NCBI GenBank assembly: GCA_012295275.1
Contig: CM022675.1
Location: 12,586,001 to 12,650,000 of the forward strand
DNA: 64,000 nucleotides
From: Chrysomallon squamiferum
Lineage: Eukaryota; Animalia; Mollusca
Direction: 5' to 3'
In this document: in pieces, positions 12,604 to 27,475 of the stretch
Layout of the letters: every line of letters starts with the position of its first letter
Position numbering within the stretch: position 1 is the stretch's first letter
The notes under the pieces: model-generated
The model's input: only the letters and a program-made list of their open reading frames with translations
The model's database searches: none
Told to the model about the DNA's origin: nothing
Program-made: the position numbers and the translations under genes

Positions 12604-13828
12604 AAGAAAGAAAAAACAGAAAGAAAGAAAAAATAGAAAGAAAAGAAAGAAAGAATGAAAGAAACTGAAAAGAAAAATGAGTACTATAAATGCAAATTAA
12701 TTTTAATATAGAAAATAAGAAATTAAAAATAATTCAGAATAAAAGGTATTTACAAAATGACTAGAAGTAACACTAGAACTATGTATTTTACACTAGTTTG
12801 TACAAATGTGTAATAAATTAAAAAACAGATTCTCCCTGACTGTGTTTTCAGGTAAATGAAACTTGATGATAATATTTACAAACATATTTACAGATATAAA
12901 AAAAAAACACTAACCAGAGTATTTTAGTAAAGTGAAACATTCCTCGATTTGAAATAGCTGTAACAGATTTACATTCATGTAACTGAACTGGTAAAACATT
13001 TTAAAAAAACTATTAACAATTTTATTAAATTATCATTTTATTTTATTTTATTTTATTCTATTTTTATTTTTATTTTTTTAAATTTATTTACTTACTTATT
13101 TTTATTATTTTTATTTTTTTTATTATTATTTACCATTTCCATTTATTCATTTATGTGTTAAATTTAATTATTTATTAATTTAAATTAAAGTTATTTGTTG
13201 TGGTTTATACCATTTGAATGTTTTTGCTTCACAAATCTGATTTTTCATAGACTTTTTATTTTATAATAATAATAATCATAATAAAAACAATAATAATAAT
13301 AATAAATTTCATCCCTGCAATACAGTTTCTCAAATTTGTCCCAGTTTTCATGAACCAAAAAAATAATATAAAATAAAAAATAGATAAATAATTTTTGTTT
13401 TTTAAAAATCTAATATGAATAACTGGAATAAAACTTAACATATAATCCACATCTAAACTGATTCTAAAATGTGTTAAACTCTTTTAACAATGTAAAACAC
13501 AGAACACAGTCTTAACACAATATACAAAAAACAATAACAAACACACAACATAGAAAATCAACATAAAATAACAAAACAGAAAAAGAAAAAACAAAACAAA
13601 AGAGGTATTTTAATAATTAAAAAAAAAAAACAATTTATGATGATGTTAATTAAGTAAAATAGTTTCATTATATTTAGCCCCAAATCATTAAAATTATATA
13701 TCATCTTTGAAAAAAACATACATTATTTTTATAGCCTAATTAGCAGGAGCTAATAAAACTGATTTGTAAATTCTTCTGTTGCCTGTCATAAAGATGCTGC
13801 CATGTTATAATGGTGACATTTTTAGTTT

Positions 13829-13881
<53 letters not shown>

Positions 13882-14244
13882 CTGTAGTTGGTCAAATTAA
13901 TAGTTTTACGGCTTTATATGGACGGAACGAAGAAATAGTGAAATGAAACGTAAAATGAAAAAACTGATGGATAACAAGACTAATACAATTATCTCCATTA
14001 TTTCAGAAATTTCGAAAATTATGAATATATTTATACTGGTAATTAATACTGATTCACATATGATTGAAAACATATTATCTAACCTCAGGCAAAAAAATAT
14101 AAAAACAACCCAAAAACTGAAAAACAAAGAAAACAAATGTGAAGAAAGAACGAAAATGAGAGAAAAAAACAAACAAAAATAAACGTTGAAGAAAATACAA
14201 CAATAATAAGAAACACGTACAAGAAATGAACTTGCCAGGTACGA

Positions 14245-16592
14245 TTACATTACTAAAGATGAAAACAGACAGACGAGTAAGATCGCTGCGCAATGATTAA
14301 CTTCCTGTGCGCCATTTTCTAACGATGCCGCTTTTGTTTCTGCGAAGAATCCAATTTCGTTTTCACTCAACCCAAGCGTCGCCGACTCGTCGAAGTAAAC
14401 TCGTCTGCGGGAACCAGCGGTGCTTCCCGACTGCAGATCAGTCACTAACGATTGCTGTGTTGTGTTGCTGACGTCATCACTTTCTGTGTGGTTTGATACC
14501 AGGGCTTTTTTCGTCGTTGTATTAAATAATGTCGTTGCAGTTGGGCTGGTTGTGACCGGAGCTGACGACGTCTGTGCTGGTCGAGGTATTGGTGGAGTGA
14601 CTTTGTAGATTTTAGATTTTGTAATAGGGTAATATTTCATCGGCTTTGACGTCCACACCAAGTTATCAGCATGTTCGACTGGAAGCGCGGAGTAATCCGT
14701 TTTCTTTTTAGTTTCAGTCTTGTTTTTGTTTTTCATTTCTTTTTTATTTTCGTTTCTGTCTTCGTTTTTCTTGTCATTTTTCCTGAGAGGTGAAACCCAG
14801 GGATTCTCGGTTACAAATGCTGTCAACATCGGTCTGGTAACCCTGGCAACGACGGATTTCTGCAGTCGCAACCTCGATGCTGTTGTTGGTTTTGTTCTAA
14901 GCGCTGGAGTTGAGGAGGTGTCGCTGTTTTTGTCAGTGGATGACAGAATGGGTCGTGTGTTTCGTTTCGATTTTGTAGATGTGGCAAATTTTGAAGAAAC
15001 TGTGGCGTCTTTTGACATTGATTGCTGATGTTTCGATGTTATTTGTTGTTTGGATTTTATTTGTTGGTTTGATGTTGGTTGTTGTTTGCTTGTTGCTGTC
15101 TGCTGTTTGGATTTCGTTATTTCTTGTTTTGATGTTGTTTTTTGTTGTTTTGATGTTGTTGTTTGTTGCTTTGGTGTCGTCTGCAGTGGTTTTGAGTTTG
15201 CTTTTTGTTTTGATGTAGATGTTTGTTGTTTTGATGAGACTGTTGTGGTTCTTCCAGGAGTGGCTATTTGTTTACCTTCATGTTTTTTAGCGCTCGCGGA
15301 CTCTGATCGTTTTCCTGCTGTTGTCGTTGACGTTTGAGTCGTCATCACAGTATGCATCTTTGCTGTATCTGTACTTTCTGCAGTTTTCGTTTTCTGAACT
15401 GTTTTCGTTGTCTTGTCTTTGGTTGTAGAAGTTTGTGGTTTCACTGTAGTTGTTGTTCCCACAGTCGCCAACGTCTGCGTTTTTTCTGTTCTACCCGTTG
15501 CCTTCAGTTTTTGTTTTTCATTTTGTCGTTGTGGACTAACGGTTGTTGATACTGTTCTTGTTACCATGGTGCTGGTTATATTATCAACCGATTTTTTATC
15601 TTTATTTGACAAACCAGATTCATTTGTAGGAACAGACGAAACGGCCAGTCTAATATTAGCCGCCATATTGAATTTATCAATTCTTCCTTTGTCGCTTCTT
15701 GTTTTATTATTCACTTTCTTCATCTGACTAGTAGAAGTGTTTGCCTTAAAAGGTTCAATAAGTCCTTCTTCTCGGTCTTCTTCAATGATCATGTTAGATA
15801 TAGAAACTTCTTCTTCTTCTTCTCTTTCTAATTCCTCCTCTTCTGATAACTCACCGGCATCGTTTCTAGGCCAGACCATTACACTTTGTTTTTCTTCGCC
15901 TAGTTCAACAAGCGATTCAGGATCAACCAGATAATCTGAATCATCATAGTACTCCTCATCGGGAAGACTGACGTCGCCATCGTTAGCGGTTGCCGGGACC
16001 TCAGCGTTGTTAGAAACAGCATCATCTTCCGCGGACGAAGAGACGTTTTCGTTACGTTTATCTTTATCAGCTTCGTCGCCATTTTCGTTTGTTAAACTGA
16101 TTTTGTTGTCGACGTCGAGTTCGTACAGGTCTTCCAATCCACGCTGGTCGTTGATGCCTCGTCCGTGAAACGTGGAACTCTGGGTAGGTGACGTAAACAA
16201 CGTATACTGACTTCCGGTGTATCCGCCGTACGCACTTCTCGGTCGCTCATTGGTTGTTCGCCACATGTTGGTTCTCGATATGAAATTTTCATACGCCGAC
16301 CCCCTGCGACGAGAAGGCGCGCGCTGCCCTGGGTAGAAAGCTCCACTGTAAGATTTACCCAGTCTGTCGTGAGTCTGAATTCCCTTGTACACGTTCCTCT
16401 CGCTTTCTTTCTCTGTCGGGATTTCGCTGGCGTAGTTGACGGTGGGCAGGTACGTCGGGTCCGGGTTGCCGTTGTTGCAGAGGTCGTGCGTACACGATTC
16501 GTAACACGTCAGCAGCTTCGTGTCACGGATACACATGTTTCCGCGGGGCACGTTGTCGCACAGTCTAGCGAAGGATTTCACGTAGCCAGTCT
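14245..16592 (-). CDS. Exon 3 of Ly6/three-finger (LU, Quiver-like) protein with long acidic/mucin-like stalk and GPI-anchor signal; gene = complement(join(14245..16592,16930..17073,29047..29092)), 845 aa
   Basis: Acceptor ctctctgcag|AG ACT (phase 1). Encodes ETGYVKSFARLCDNVPRGNMC...CYESCTHDLCN (LU C-terminal C-x4-CN motif), then D/E-rich and T/S/K/Q-rich regions, and ends NGAQEVNHCAAILLVCLFSSLVM* (hydrophobic tail, no cytoplasmic part). Confidence 0.9.
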
Positions 16593-16708
16593 CTGCAGAG
16601 AGACAAATGTGTCTTATCATGTTTTTATCTAGAAAGTTACCTGAGTAGTGTACTGACATCTTAAATCAGCAAATACTGTTATTGCTATAATTATTATGTT
16701 GTAATAAC

Positions 16709-16765
<57 letters not shown>

Positions 16766-16929
16766 TTGGTTTTGCTTTTATTATAGTGCTGATAATAACT
16801 GCAGTCCATTTTTATGGGTGTGCAAGCAGTTTTAATATATTTCATACTAAATCAGTATTTGTTTGTTATCGAAACTCTAAACTGATTTCATTTTGGTATC
16901 GGTAATTGTGAAGAACAAATGTATTTTAC

Positions 16930-17073
16930 CTGCATCAATAACTTTAGCTGACAGACAGAAATTGGCTCTGCAGTTGAGATACACAGGTCCAGTCTTAGTA
17001 GCGTAGGGGTGATTCTCACACTCCCTGTCTTCCCCCACCCCACTGCACCAGTAGCACATCACCCCAGCCGCCT
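16930..17073 (-). CDS. Exon 2 of the Ly6/LU-mucin gene (first half of the LU domain)
   Basis: tttcag|AG GCG GCT GGG GTG ATG TGC TAC TGG TGC ... GAT GCA G|gtaaaa. It is 144 nt, phase 1-1, and encodes EAAGVMCYWCSGVGEDRECENHPY...CRANFCLSAKVIDA (CYxC start typical of LU). Confidence 0.9.
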
Positions 17074-20000
17074 CTGAAATGTAAATAGAAATACATTTAA
17101 TCTAACATATTCTTTATTAAGTTTAATAAGCTGAATAAAAAATGAAAATAACGACAATGAAAGATATTAAACGTTGGGGTACTTACATTTAAAATAAATT
17201 ATCCATAAATATAGACAAATATACACTAATATATCCACACACACATACACACACACATGTAAATATTAAATAACAATAAAACCAGTTGTAATTATAAACC
17301 AATGATATTAAAGATAACGAAATAAACATATTTTTGTTTGTGTTTCATCCTTAAAATCATTCCAAGACATAATAACACATTTACAGACCTACACACAAAC
17401 ACAGAGACAGACACACTGACACAGACGTGTAGAAAACAATGCTAATATTGAAACGGATCGAGCCCGAGGAATTAAGATGTCATCAACGTTTACCAATCCA
17501 CTTTATAAAACCTCTGTGTAAACACGCGATTCGAAACCTACATCCGTTGTCAAGGTCACAGTACAGCCCGTGTCCCGACCCCGGTCCTGCCTAATCGACT
17601 GGGACTGTGAGCAAGGACTGCAAGCAAGGACTGTTTGTTCACTGTTTGACTGGTTTAATCGTTTAACTCTGCTAATCTGTACAACAATCCACGAGATTTG
17701 AACATCTGACAGAAACTTGCTTGTCTTGGCGTTTCTCTGAAGTGTTTACTTCCCTGACAGATGCCGGTGACCCTCCTGCACAAATACGTTCAAGGCATCG
17801 TGTTAATAGTTTCCGCAGTAACTCGTGGTTACAGTCCACCCAGTGAGAATTTTTACAGATATATAAAACAAAGTAAATAACGAGATATGTCTGCTGAGTT
17901 TTGAAACACTAATTCATAAATATAGGAAGAAAAATTAAAGAAAAAGGAAGACCCCTCCCAAATAATAAAAAGCGTCAGTCCTTCACAAAAAAAAAAAAAA
18001 AAAAAAAAAAAAAATGAATGAATGAATGAATAAATAAAACAAAAACCCTGACTGCAAATATGACTGAATGTTTGAACGAATGAAATGATTAAATATAACG
18101 AAATAAATGAATGAAATGAAAGAAAAGAAAAGAAAGAATTCTCTCCCGACCTACTTCCCTAATACCAGAAAACAGAAATAGATAATTTTTATTTTGAAAA
18201 ACAAAGAAGACGATTACTGTCAAGGCTGCAGCAGAGTAGCTGGTTTGTCATTTGACGTTAGGCGGACTAAGACGTCGTCGAGTTTTGTCAACGTGGTGCT
18301 AATACGGCAGCAACGTCGTCAACCTCCGCTTGCTATTTCCGCCATCAATCTGCCTCGATCCGGTCAGCGTACGGCCGATCGAATCCAAAGACATTAACAT
18401 GACCTTGACATTGGTGTTTTGCCAGTTTCTTGCTGTTACTCGAAACGGTACTAAATTTAACATTTGGCTGGTAACTGGAAAAGCTTTACGAGTATATTTA
18501 TTTGTTTATCGATTGTGTTTTTGAATCCTTCTTCAGGAAAACATTGCGAGATTTATATCACAGAGTTTTAACACCGAGTGGTTAATAACTAAATAAAGCA
18601 TTGTGTGCTATTTAAAAAAAAAAAAAAGTGTTTTAGCATGTAAAAAGGCTCATAATTATTATTATTATTTTTTTCATTATTGTTACTATTACTATTACTG
18701 CTACTAGCATTAGTAGTAGTAGTACCACTGCTGTAACTAATTCTACTACTAGTAGAACTACTACTGCTACCAGTAGTACTAGTAGTACTGTTACTGCTAT
18801 TATTATTATTATTATTATTATCATTATTATTATTACAGCAGTATCACTATTACTAGTACTACTACTACTACTATCATTATTGTTATTATTATTATATAAA
18901 ATGATTTATTTAATTTTGTCTTGTTTGTTTGCTTATTATTTATTTATTTATTTATTTATTTATAATCTTTAATAACTGTTCAGAAAATAACTTTAAGAGG
19001 GTTTTGTATCTTGATTACCAGTTGTATTTGATAGTTTTTGTGTGTAGATTTTCTAACAAATTTTCACAATTATGTATCCAGAAATTATAGCAATGAAGAG
19101 AAAATTACGTTAATCACGTTAATTTAACATTCATTCTTAATCTATATGCAAATTAAATAAAAATATATAAAATAAAATAAATAAACAAGTAAATAAATAA
19201 ATAAAACAAATATACATTAAAATATAATGAAGTAAAATAAAACAAACAAACAAAGAAATAATAATCTATATCCTTGTAAGATTTATTGTGTGTCGTATAA
19301 TCCAAATAGTATATTGAATAAGTAAAAAGTTTTTTTAAAAAAATAAATAAATAAATAAAAAACTAAGACTAAAAATAAATAAAAATAATGACAAAATATT
19401 TATTACTTTAATTTGCAATTAAACAATGATTATTATATTGTCCAAATTAATTTAATAAATTATTGTTTTAAATAATGACCGTCAGTTACGTATTCTAATT
19501 TATCTCTTTAAAAAACAAAAAACAACAACAACAACAACAAAAAACAAAAAAATGAAAAAAAAATGAAAATTCTCACAAAACAACAACGACAACACAACTA
19601 AATTATTCTCGTAATTTCTAAAAATAGACTGGTTACATTCTCAGATGTGAAGGAGTGAACTAAACATTTGGTTCTCAGTTGACAACGAGCCAAACAGAAA
19701 GCGGGGCACGACTGTGATTCGGACTAAAGTTTGTCTGAGAAAAGTCTGGTGTGGGTGACACATTCTTTAAGCACAACTAACAAAGATGTCGCTAAGACTG
19801 ACGTGGTCGTGAACAACGCAGGAGTTGGCGCAGTGTTAAAACAGTTTTGTTTTTTCTAATTCTTATCGCTAGGAGAACAGAATGCTAAATCTTTGCTCGA
19901 CGCATTTTTCGATCTTTATAAACGTTTTGCGGTTAAGATGCAGGTGTGGTATTTGTGCAAGGTGAATAACTCAGCAAGGAATTTCGTAGGATTAGAGGGA

Positions 20001-21101
20001 TTATTATTAATAATAAGACAATTTTAAAGCAAAATAATTTATTTTTCACACTTTTTGTTTTCTGTTTTCTTTTTCATTCCTTTTATTCTTTCTTTCTTTC
20101 ATTATTTTTCTATTTCTTACATATTTCTTATTCCTTTTTGATCTGAAATTATATTTCCTTCGGTTGTTTTCTTTTTCTTTTTCTTTAAATTTTTTTGTTC
20201 ACACCAGAACACCATAAAAATGGTCCAAGCAACTTCTAAATTATTTTCTTTTAAGCTTTCTTATTCTGTAAACTGTAAAATTTGTCATCTTCATTTGAAC
20301 ATGTAAACGAAATGAGTGAAGAAATACAAAAACCATGAAGTAAAAAATTGAGAGAGAAGAAAACAACGACAAATGAAGAATCAACAAAATGCAACAATTA
20401 CTTATTAATAGATAGTGGACATTTTTTTTCTTTCTCCAATTTTAATTATTGTTTTAAATGATAATAATAATAAAATTAAAAAAAAAAAAAATTAAAAAAA
20501 AACAACAACAACAAAAAGTACGCGCTCAAGAATTAATTTTACTGCAGAAAATAAAAAATTAACTGAAATCTATTCACAAGCAAAACACAACAACTACTTG
20601 TTTTATTGTTTATTCCTACAAAACATTGCATCATGGGAAATAATTTGTCACACGCTCCGGTGTTTAGACGAGACCTGAACTCAACAGAAAGGTAAATACA
20701 AAAACAGGATTGAGAAAGAATGCGAAAAGAAAAGTTTCTAATTTAAGTACAAAGAACATCTTTTCTCGAAAAATGTCTATTGTTTCAACGTAACCTTGAA
20801 CGTTTAATGTTGCTATGGAAATATTTCACGTTGGTTAGAATTATTTTCTGTTGATCATTTATTCATCGTATGTCTTTATTTCATGAACCTTTGATAGAAA
20901 GTTCAATGTTAAAATTAATAAATATGCAGTTTGCTGATTTTTATGTTAAATTATGTTATAACACAATTTATTGATTTTCAAAGAACATTGTAAGACAGTT
21001 TATTGAAGTTTGATATTTAATTACGTTCTGTTCAGCCATTGAATCGTGAATGTTAATTGCTATTTTGAACGGTTGCTTAACTAAAATTATAGTATTAGAA
21101 A

Positions 21102-21180
<79 letters not shown>

Positions 21181-21424
21181 TCATCTATGGAAAGAACGAT
21201 AGACAAACGTATGTAATTATCCCCTTGTATATTTTATTATACATATATATTAATAGCAGTGATTGTGAAGATTTTTTTGTAATTACTAAATGTCATCAGT
21301 AAATTATAAATGTATGTAGGAGGTGTGAGATAACATGTAAATAAAAAAATTATTTTTAGGAAGAGGGTGTAACAAAACATATCTATATGTAATTCTTCCA
21401 AGCATTTAAAACGTTAATACTTTA

Positions 21425-21725
21425 CACAAACATTGTTAATACAACCACACAAAGCGTTAATATTTTCACATAAAGCGATAACACACTGGACGCACAAAGA
21501 GCTGATATTTTACACAAAAACGTTACAACTTCATACAAAGCGTTAATACAGATATACACATTTTTCAAACAGAATATATACAACGTAAACAGATTCTTAA
21601 TACTTATATACAGCTCGATAATTCTTGTACACAAAGCGTTAATACTTACACACAATCGTTAATACTTACACACAATCGTTAATACTTACACACAAAGCTT
21701 TGATACTTTACTCATACAGCGTTAC
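21425..21725. repeat. Degenerate ~20-bp minisatellite (ACACAAAGCGTTAATACTT)
   Basis: Recurring ACACAAAGCGTTAATA / ACACAATCGTTAATACTTAC units. Confidence 0.75.
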
Positions 21726-22120
21726 TTATATATATCAACAATATAAGCTTTTGTCAACTTCCTCACAAAACCTAAACACATCTTTCTACGACAATGGCGA
21801 CAACGCCAAATTCCAAATAAATAAAAGAAGTAAATAAAATCGTTTGAAATACACAGTGGAATATGAACGGGAAAGTTTACGACATTTGGATTTCTATTTT
21901 AGTCAGCTGAGAAAGACATAAAAGCGAAATGTTTGATCTGATAGGTTTACGTTGTAGTGTGAAGATTTTTGTGTGTTTTTTAACATTCAGTCCACAACAA
22001 AAAATAAATAAATATAAAAAAAAGTAAAATATTTATGTTATTTATACAGTTTGTTAAGGGTATTCAAGTCGACCAATTGTTTTAATAATTCGAGTTAAGA
22101 ATATTAGAGTTATTATTATT

Positions 22121-22170
<50 letters not shown>

Positions 22171-23377
22171 TAATTGTTCTTGTTATTATTATTATTATTA
22201 AAAATAATATTGAGCAATTATACGAATAAATAAACAAATTATAAATTGTTCATAGATTGTTGCAAATAATTTTTTCTTGTTGTTGTTGTTTGAAAAAGAG
22301 AAAAATAAAAATAAATTAATTTTAAACATCTTTTGAAATATTTAAAAAAAGAAAAAAGAAGAAGAAGACGAAAGAAAGAAAGAAATCGTATAAATAATAA
22401 ATTCATCCTTTACACGCTAATACGTGCACGGCATCAAAGTGGAGGAAAATACCACAGAATGACACACGTTCTCCATCCAATGAAGTTTAAACTTTTTGGA
22501 ATTATGCGGTAAATTAAATAAAAATAAAAATGTTGTTTTGTATTGTTAATGAAACAAAAAAAAAAAAATCTATTTTGGGGATATCAAATATAGCAAGTAA
22601 ACGAAGGAAGAAAATAGATAAACGACGAAAGCGGGGAGCTATAAATAGATGTGATCGCGTGAAGGGAAGAAATCGATATAGAGAGAGAGAGAGAGAGAGA
22701 GAACCAGAAGAATTTAAAAAAAAAAAAAAAAATAAAAAAGAAGAATAAGAACTAGCATTTCATTGGTTAATATGAGTTATTTAACATAAAAGAACCGCTC
22801 GATTATCCTGAATTTATATTAAAACAAGTCTCTTTGTTCATGAAACACTGGACAATAAACAGATCGTAGATATCAAACAACATAAATACAAATTTATAAA
22901 GACGTCATTTGACCAGCAGGAAACGAAAATTCTGACTTAATCCTTTAATGGTCCGATAAAACTATTAAATTCCACTGGATAATTCTGTTATGGTACAAAA
23001 AAGAAAACTTTAATGTCAAAACTAATACACTTAACTCTTAGGTAAACGACAAAAGGGCTGAACAAATAGAATTGTTTTAAAGTTAAAAAAGTATCGAGTA
23101 TACAAAGATTTTATTTAGGACAAAGACGTCTGTCAAATGTTCATGAAGAAAGCAGCCATTATTGTGTATCTGGGAATCAAATTCAGATGAATTCTTTGAA
23201 TTTAATAATAATAATAATAATAATAAATATTAAACATTAACATGTAACCATTTAAATAATAATGATAATGATGATGATAATGCTTATGATTATTATGATT
23301 ATGACGGATAATAAAAATAGTAAAAATAAAACCACTACTTAACGATCTAAATGAAATGTTTTAGAATACTTGTTCGT

Positions 23378-23412
<35 letters not shown>

Positions 23413-24865
23413 TAAACATTTCACATTAGGATTTAGGATGTTGGATGTCACTTTTGTAGTATCTGTTCTCTCTTTCATTTACATATTCATTTTAATTCGT
23501 TCGCTCATTCATTCATTCATTCATTCAAACAATCATTTAATCAGTTATTTACTTCAGGTTAGATTATTTCAAAACTTTATTTATTTACATTATAAAAATA
23601 TTCCACTTTTTTTTATCGCCGCTCATTATCTCCCCTTTTCCGAATCTCCAAAACAACAAGTTAGAAATCGTTTTAACTGAAGCAGTCTTGAGAAGCAAAC
23701 GTCTCAAACTGCGAACACAATAAACAAAGAGACTGGCGTGACGGGGTTCTTGTCGTTCACACGTTAATACAGAGAACACAACGAGATGGACGTGAAACAC
23801 TGACTGACTCATTACCGACGACATTTTTCAAACGGAGTTGTCGAATTGAATTTGTTGACAAAGTGGACATACTTGCACTTGACTGCCGACACAAGCACTC
23901 GGTGACATTCGAGCCTGGACATTAGCGAGGGTCAGTTGTTTGTACTGGACGTTGTCCAAGTGTGTGATGACAAATCACTGGCTGGACGAAGTCCTGGTCA
24001 GTTGATTGACTGGATGTTAACCGAAGTCAGTTATGATTATTGTCTGGGTTTTTTTCTATCAGTATTATTGTTATAATAATGATTATGATGATGACGATGA
24101 CGATGATGATGAAGATGATAATAATATAAAAAAGAAACAAACAATCAAAGCAACAAAAATAATATAAAAAAAAAAAAAAAAAGACAAAATAGATTACATA
24201 TTATAAAACTCCAACAAACATCTATCACAGATTCATTACAATAACTGCTTTGTTTTTAATTGAAATATATAAATAAAACAAAATAATAAATAAGATGTTG
24301 GCGAACCTGCTTGTATTCGGTTCAAGACACAGCAGCTAAATATTGTTTGAATACCTCAGTGAACATTTACAAACATCTTCTGTTTGCTCATTTTATTGCT
24401 CAGACATGAGAACTATCTCGCAGTGACGTTACAACACTGTCAGTGACGCGACAACAAAGAACAAAAGAACTCTGAACACAAATCCAGACCATAATCCCAC
24501 AAATCGGGGGCATTAATTCCAATTTTATGACGTCATTTTCTCATATTAAATACCGCTCGCAATTTTTCTTTCTTTATTTTTTTATTTTATTTGTAATTTG
24601 TTTTCGCTTTGTTAAAAGCTTGTATTTAATCTGTCGGGTTAGAAGAAAGACGAAGAAAAACAAAGATAATATTTTATAATCCACGCTGGATTGCTTGTTT
24701 TGTCTTGCAAAGAGAGGGTTGTACAAATAACATTAAAATAAAAAAGTAACACGTGGTCGTTACTGTGTATCATGTTTGTTGTAGGTTTAGCTCGGGTACA
24801 CAGTTAGAACTGGAAAAACAATGAAAAAAAAAATGACAACAAAATTAAAACCAGAATTAAAAAAT

Positions 24866-24910
<45 letters not shown>

Positions 24911-25407
24911 TAAACGATTCTGTTTTATTTGAGTTTGGTACTTTTATCATGTTTGGGGCTAACATCAAAGACAAATACAGTTTATTTATGCTGTGTGACT
25001 ACGTCTACAGATTTCATGACTTTATCTTTGTCCAATTACACGTGCAAACGACGGCATCCTGTCCACTGTGGCTCGCTGTCAACTCTGCAAATTTAACTCT
25101 GCTACGTCTACACTCAACAACAAAGCGACGTCTTTGTTGTAGCCGAACAACAACAAACACGAGTTTTGTTTTCTCGGCAAATGAAAACATCGGGGTAAGA
25201 AAGAGAGTGAAAAAAAATCACAAGACAATTTCTGATCTTTAGATATTTGCTTTTGCTGGTGCCAGAATGTTAAATAATGTTCTAAGATGACGTTTAGGAA
25301 ATAAAAGTTAATGTTAATAGTTAAAAATTCAGAACGTTTTAACAGTTCTTTGAAATAAGCAGTAAGTATGATCAGTATATAGCACATAGTTTTAAAGATG
25401 TATTTAT

Positions 25408-25455
<48 letters not shown>

Positions 25456-25985
25456 TCTGTCTGTCTGTATGTATGTCTCTGTATATCTAACTATATATCA
25501 TCTACCTTTCTCTTAATTTATTTTTGTGGTAAAAATTCTATGAAATGTAATCAAATAAACTAATTTATTTATATTAGAAGATACTTTTCGTGTCATAAGT
25601 AATAAGTGAAAACAAACCATTGTTGATAAAATGAAAATGTTTTCTTTGTAGATATTTTATTTGTGGCTGTTTTAATTCTACTTATTTTATTTAATATATT
25701 AGTGTTTTCTGTTAGCTTTTTAAAATTGTTTTTCGTTTCCTTTTGCTTTCTTTCTGTCATTGATTCATTCTTTATTATAATTTGAAAAAAGATACATTTG
25801 TATTTAATAACCATAGAGTGAGTTTGTCAGTATAAGTGAATTTATTAATGTAATAACAAATTAAATAAATAAATAATAAATAAATAAATAATACGAAATA
25901 AAATAAATATCTAAGGTAATAAGATCAAGACTAGAAATATGAGTAGTTCTACAATTTGACAAAATGATTAAAACCATTATTTCAG

Positions 25986-26054
<69 letters not shown>

Positions 26055-26834
26055 AAATGCATCCACATGATAATGCAGGCACGCGCGTTTTGGACACACC
26101 CACACAGGAGATTGAATTATCTATCACAGACATTTTGTTAACGTTATTAAACACGACGTTTTTACGTTACTCCATTACACTTCAAATGTAAACCAATTAC
26201 CTAACACGTGTTTACCTGGCGTCACACAATCCCAGCTAAACACTCGTACTAGCCACGTTTTACAAACGTTTTCATCAACATCAAATACAGTGTGCATTAG
26301 GCCAACACACAACCAGCACAAGATGCACGCACTGAGCATGTATGTGTATTTACTCTCTGAAATCCAGGGTCTTAAAATTAAACAGAATATAATCTATACT
26401 CCTTCACGTGTTCTGGCGAATGATCAGAAATGTATACTAGTACACTGTTCAGCTAATTCTAAATCACACAAGATAATTGTCTGTGTGTACAATATACATC
26501 AGTTACGTCACGAATATTGATTATTTCTGTATTTCACATGCGAGTGAATATTGTCTTGTATAAAGAGTGCTCAAATAGAAAATGAAGAATAATAATTTTT
26601 TTTTTTTTTTATTGCTGTAATTATTATTAATTTTTGTTATGTAAATGTTTATTTACTTCTGTTTCCGTTATAATTTTTGCATTATTTGTTATTGTTATTA
26701 TTAATACTGTTGTTATTGTTGCTGTTATTATAACAGTTGTAATTATACTCATCACCATCATCATCATCATACTATTACTATTATTATTATATTATTAATT
26801 GTTTTTTTGGTGTTATAACTCACATTATTTCTGT

Positions 26835-26865
<31 letters not shown>

Positions 26866-27381
26866 TTGGTAGACCTTGAGTGATTTTATAAATTTTAAAA
26901 CAATTTTCTTCTTCTTCTTTTTTTATTCTAGTTGCTCTTAATTCGAATCTCTACTCAGAATATTTACAAACTGATAGACGAACGGCATAGATCAAATAAA
27001 TTAAAATGTAAATAATAAAATAAAATCAAAATGATAAAGAAAACAACAACGACAACAACAATATCAACATCAACAAAAACAACGTCGACAACAGTGATTA
27101 CGGAAATTACAAGATGAGAGGGTTGTAGACAACGACGACAACTGAATGATGCTGTAAGCGAAAATAAAACCAACCAAACGACAACAACAAACAAGTAAGA
27201 CAGTGTTTTAAAAGTCGTATACTCCATCGAAGATCGAATTAAGCATCTGTTCTCATTTACATTTTACAGTTTTCATAATAAATTAGTAAACGAGTGCATT
27301 CTTTGTAATCCATGTTAATTTATCAAATACAGACAGAGTAAATACAGCTACAAACAAAGTGAACAACAAATACACAAACTG

Positions 27382-27475
<94 letters not shown>

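Noticed and set aside
14420-15934. Plus-strand hydrophobic ORFs overlapping the mucin exon
   Set aside because: Antisense shadows of K/Q/T/E-rich codons.
16593-16659. ATG start of the 804-aa ORF
   Set aside because: Intronic read-through. The acceptor at 16593-16594 joins exon 2 and completes the LU domain.
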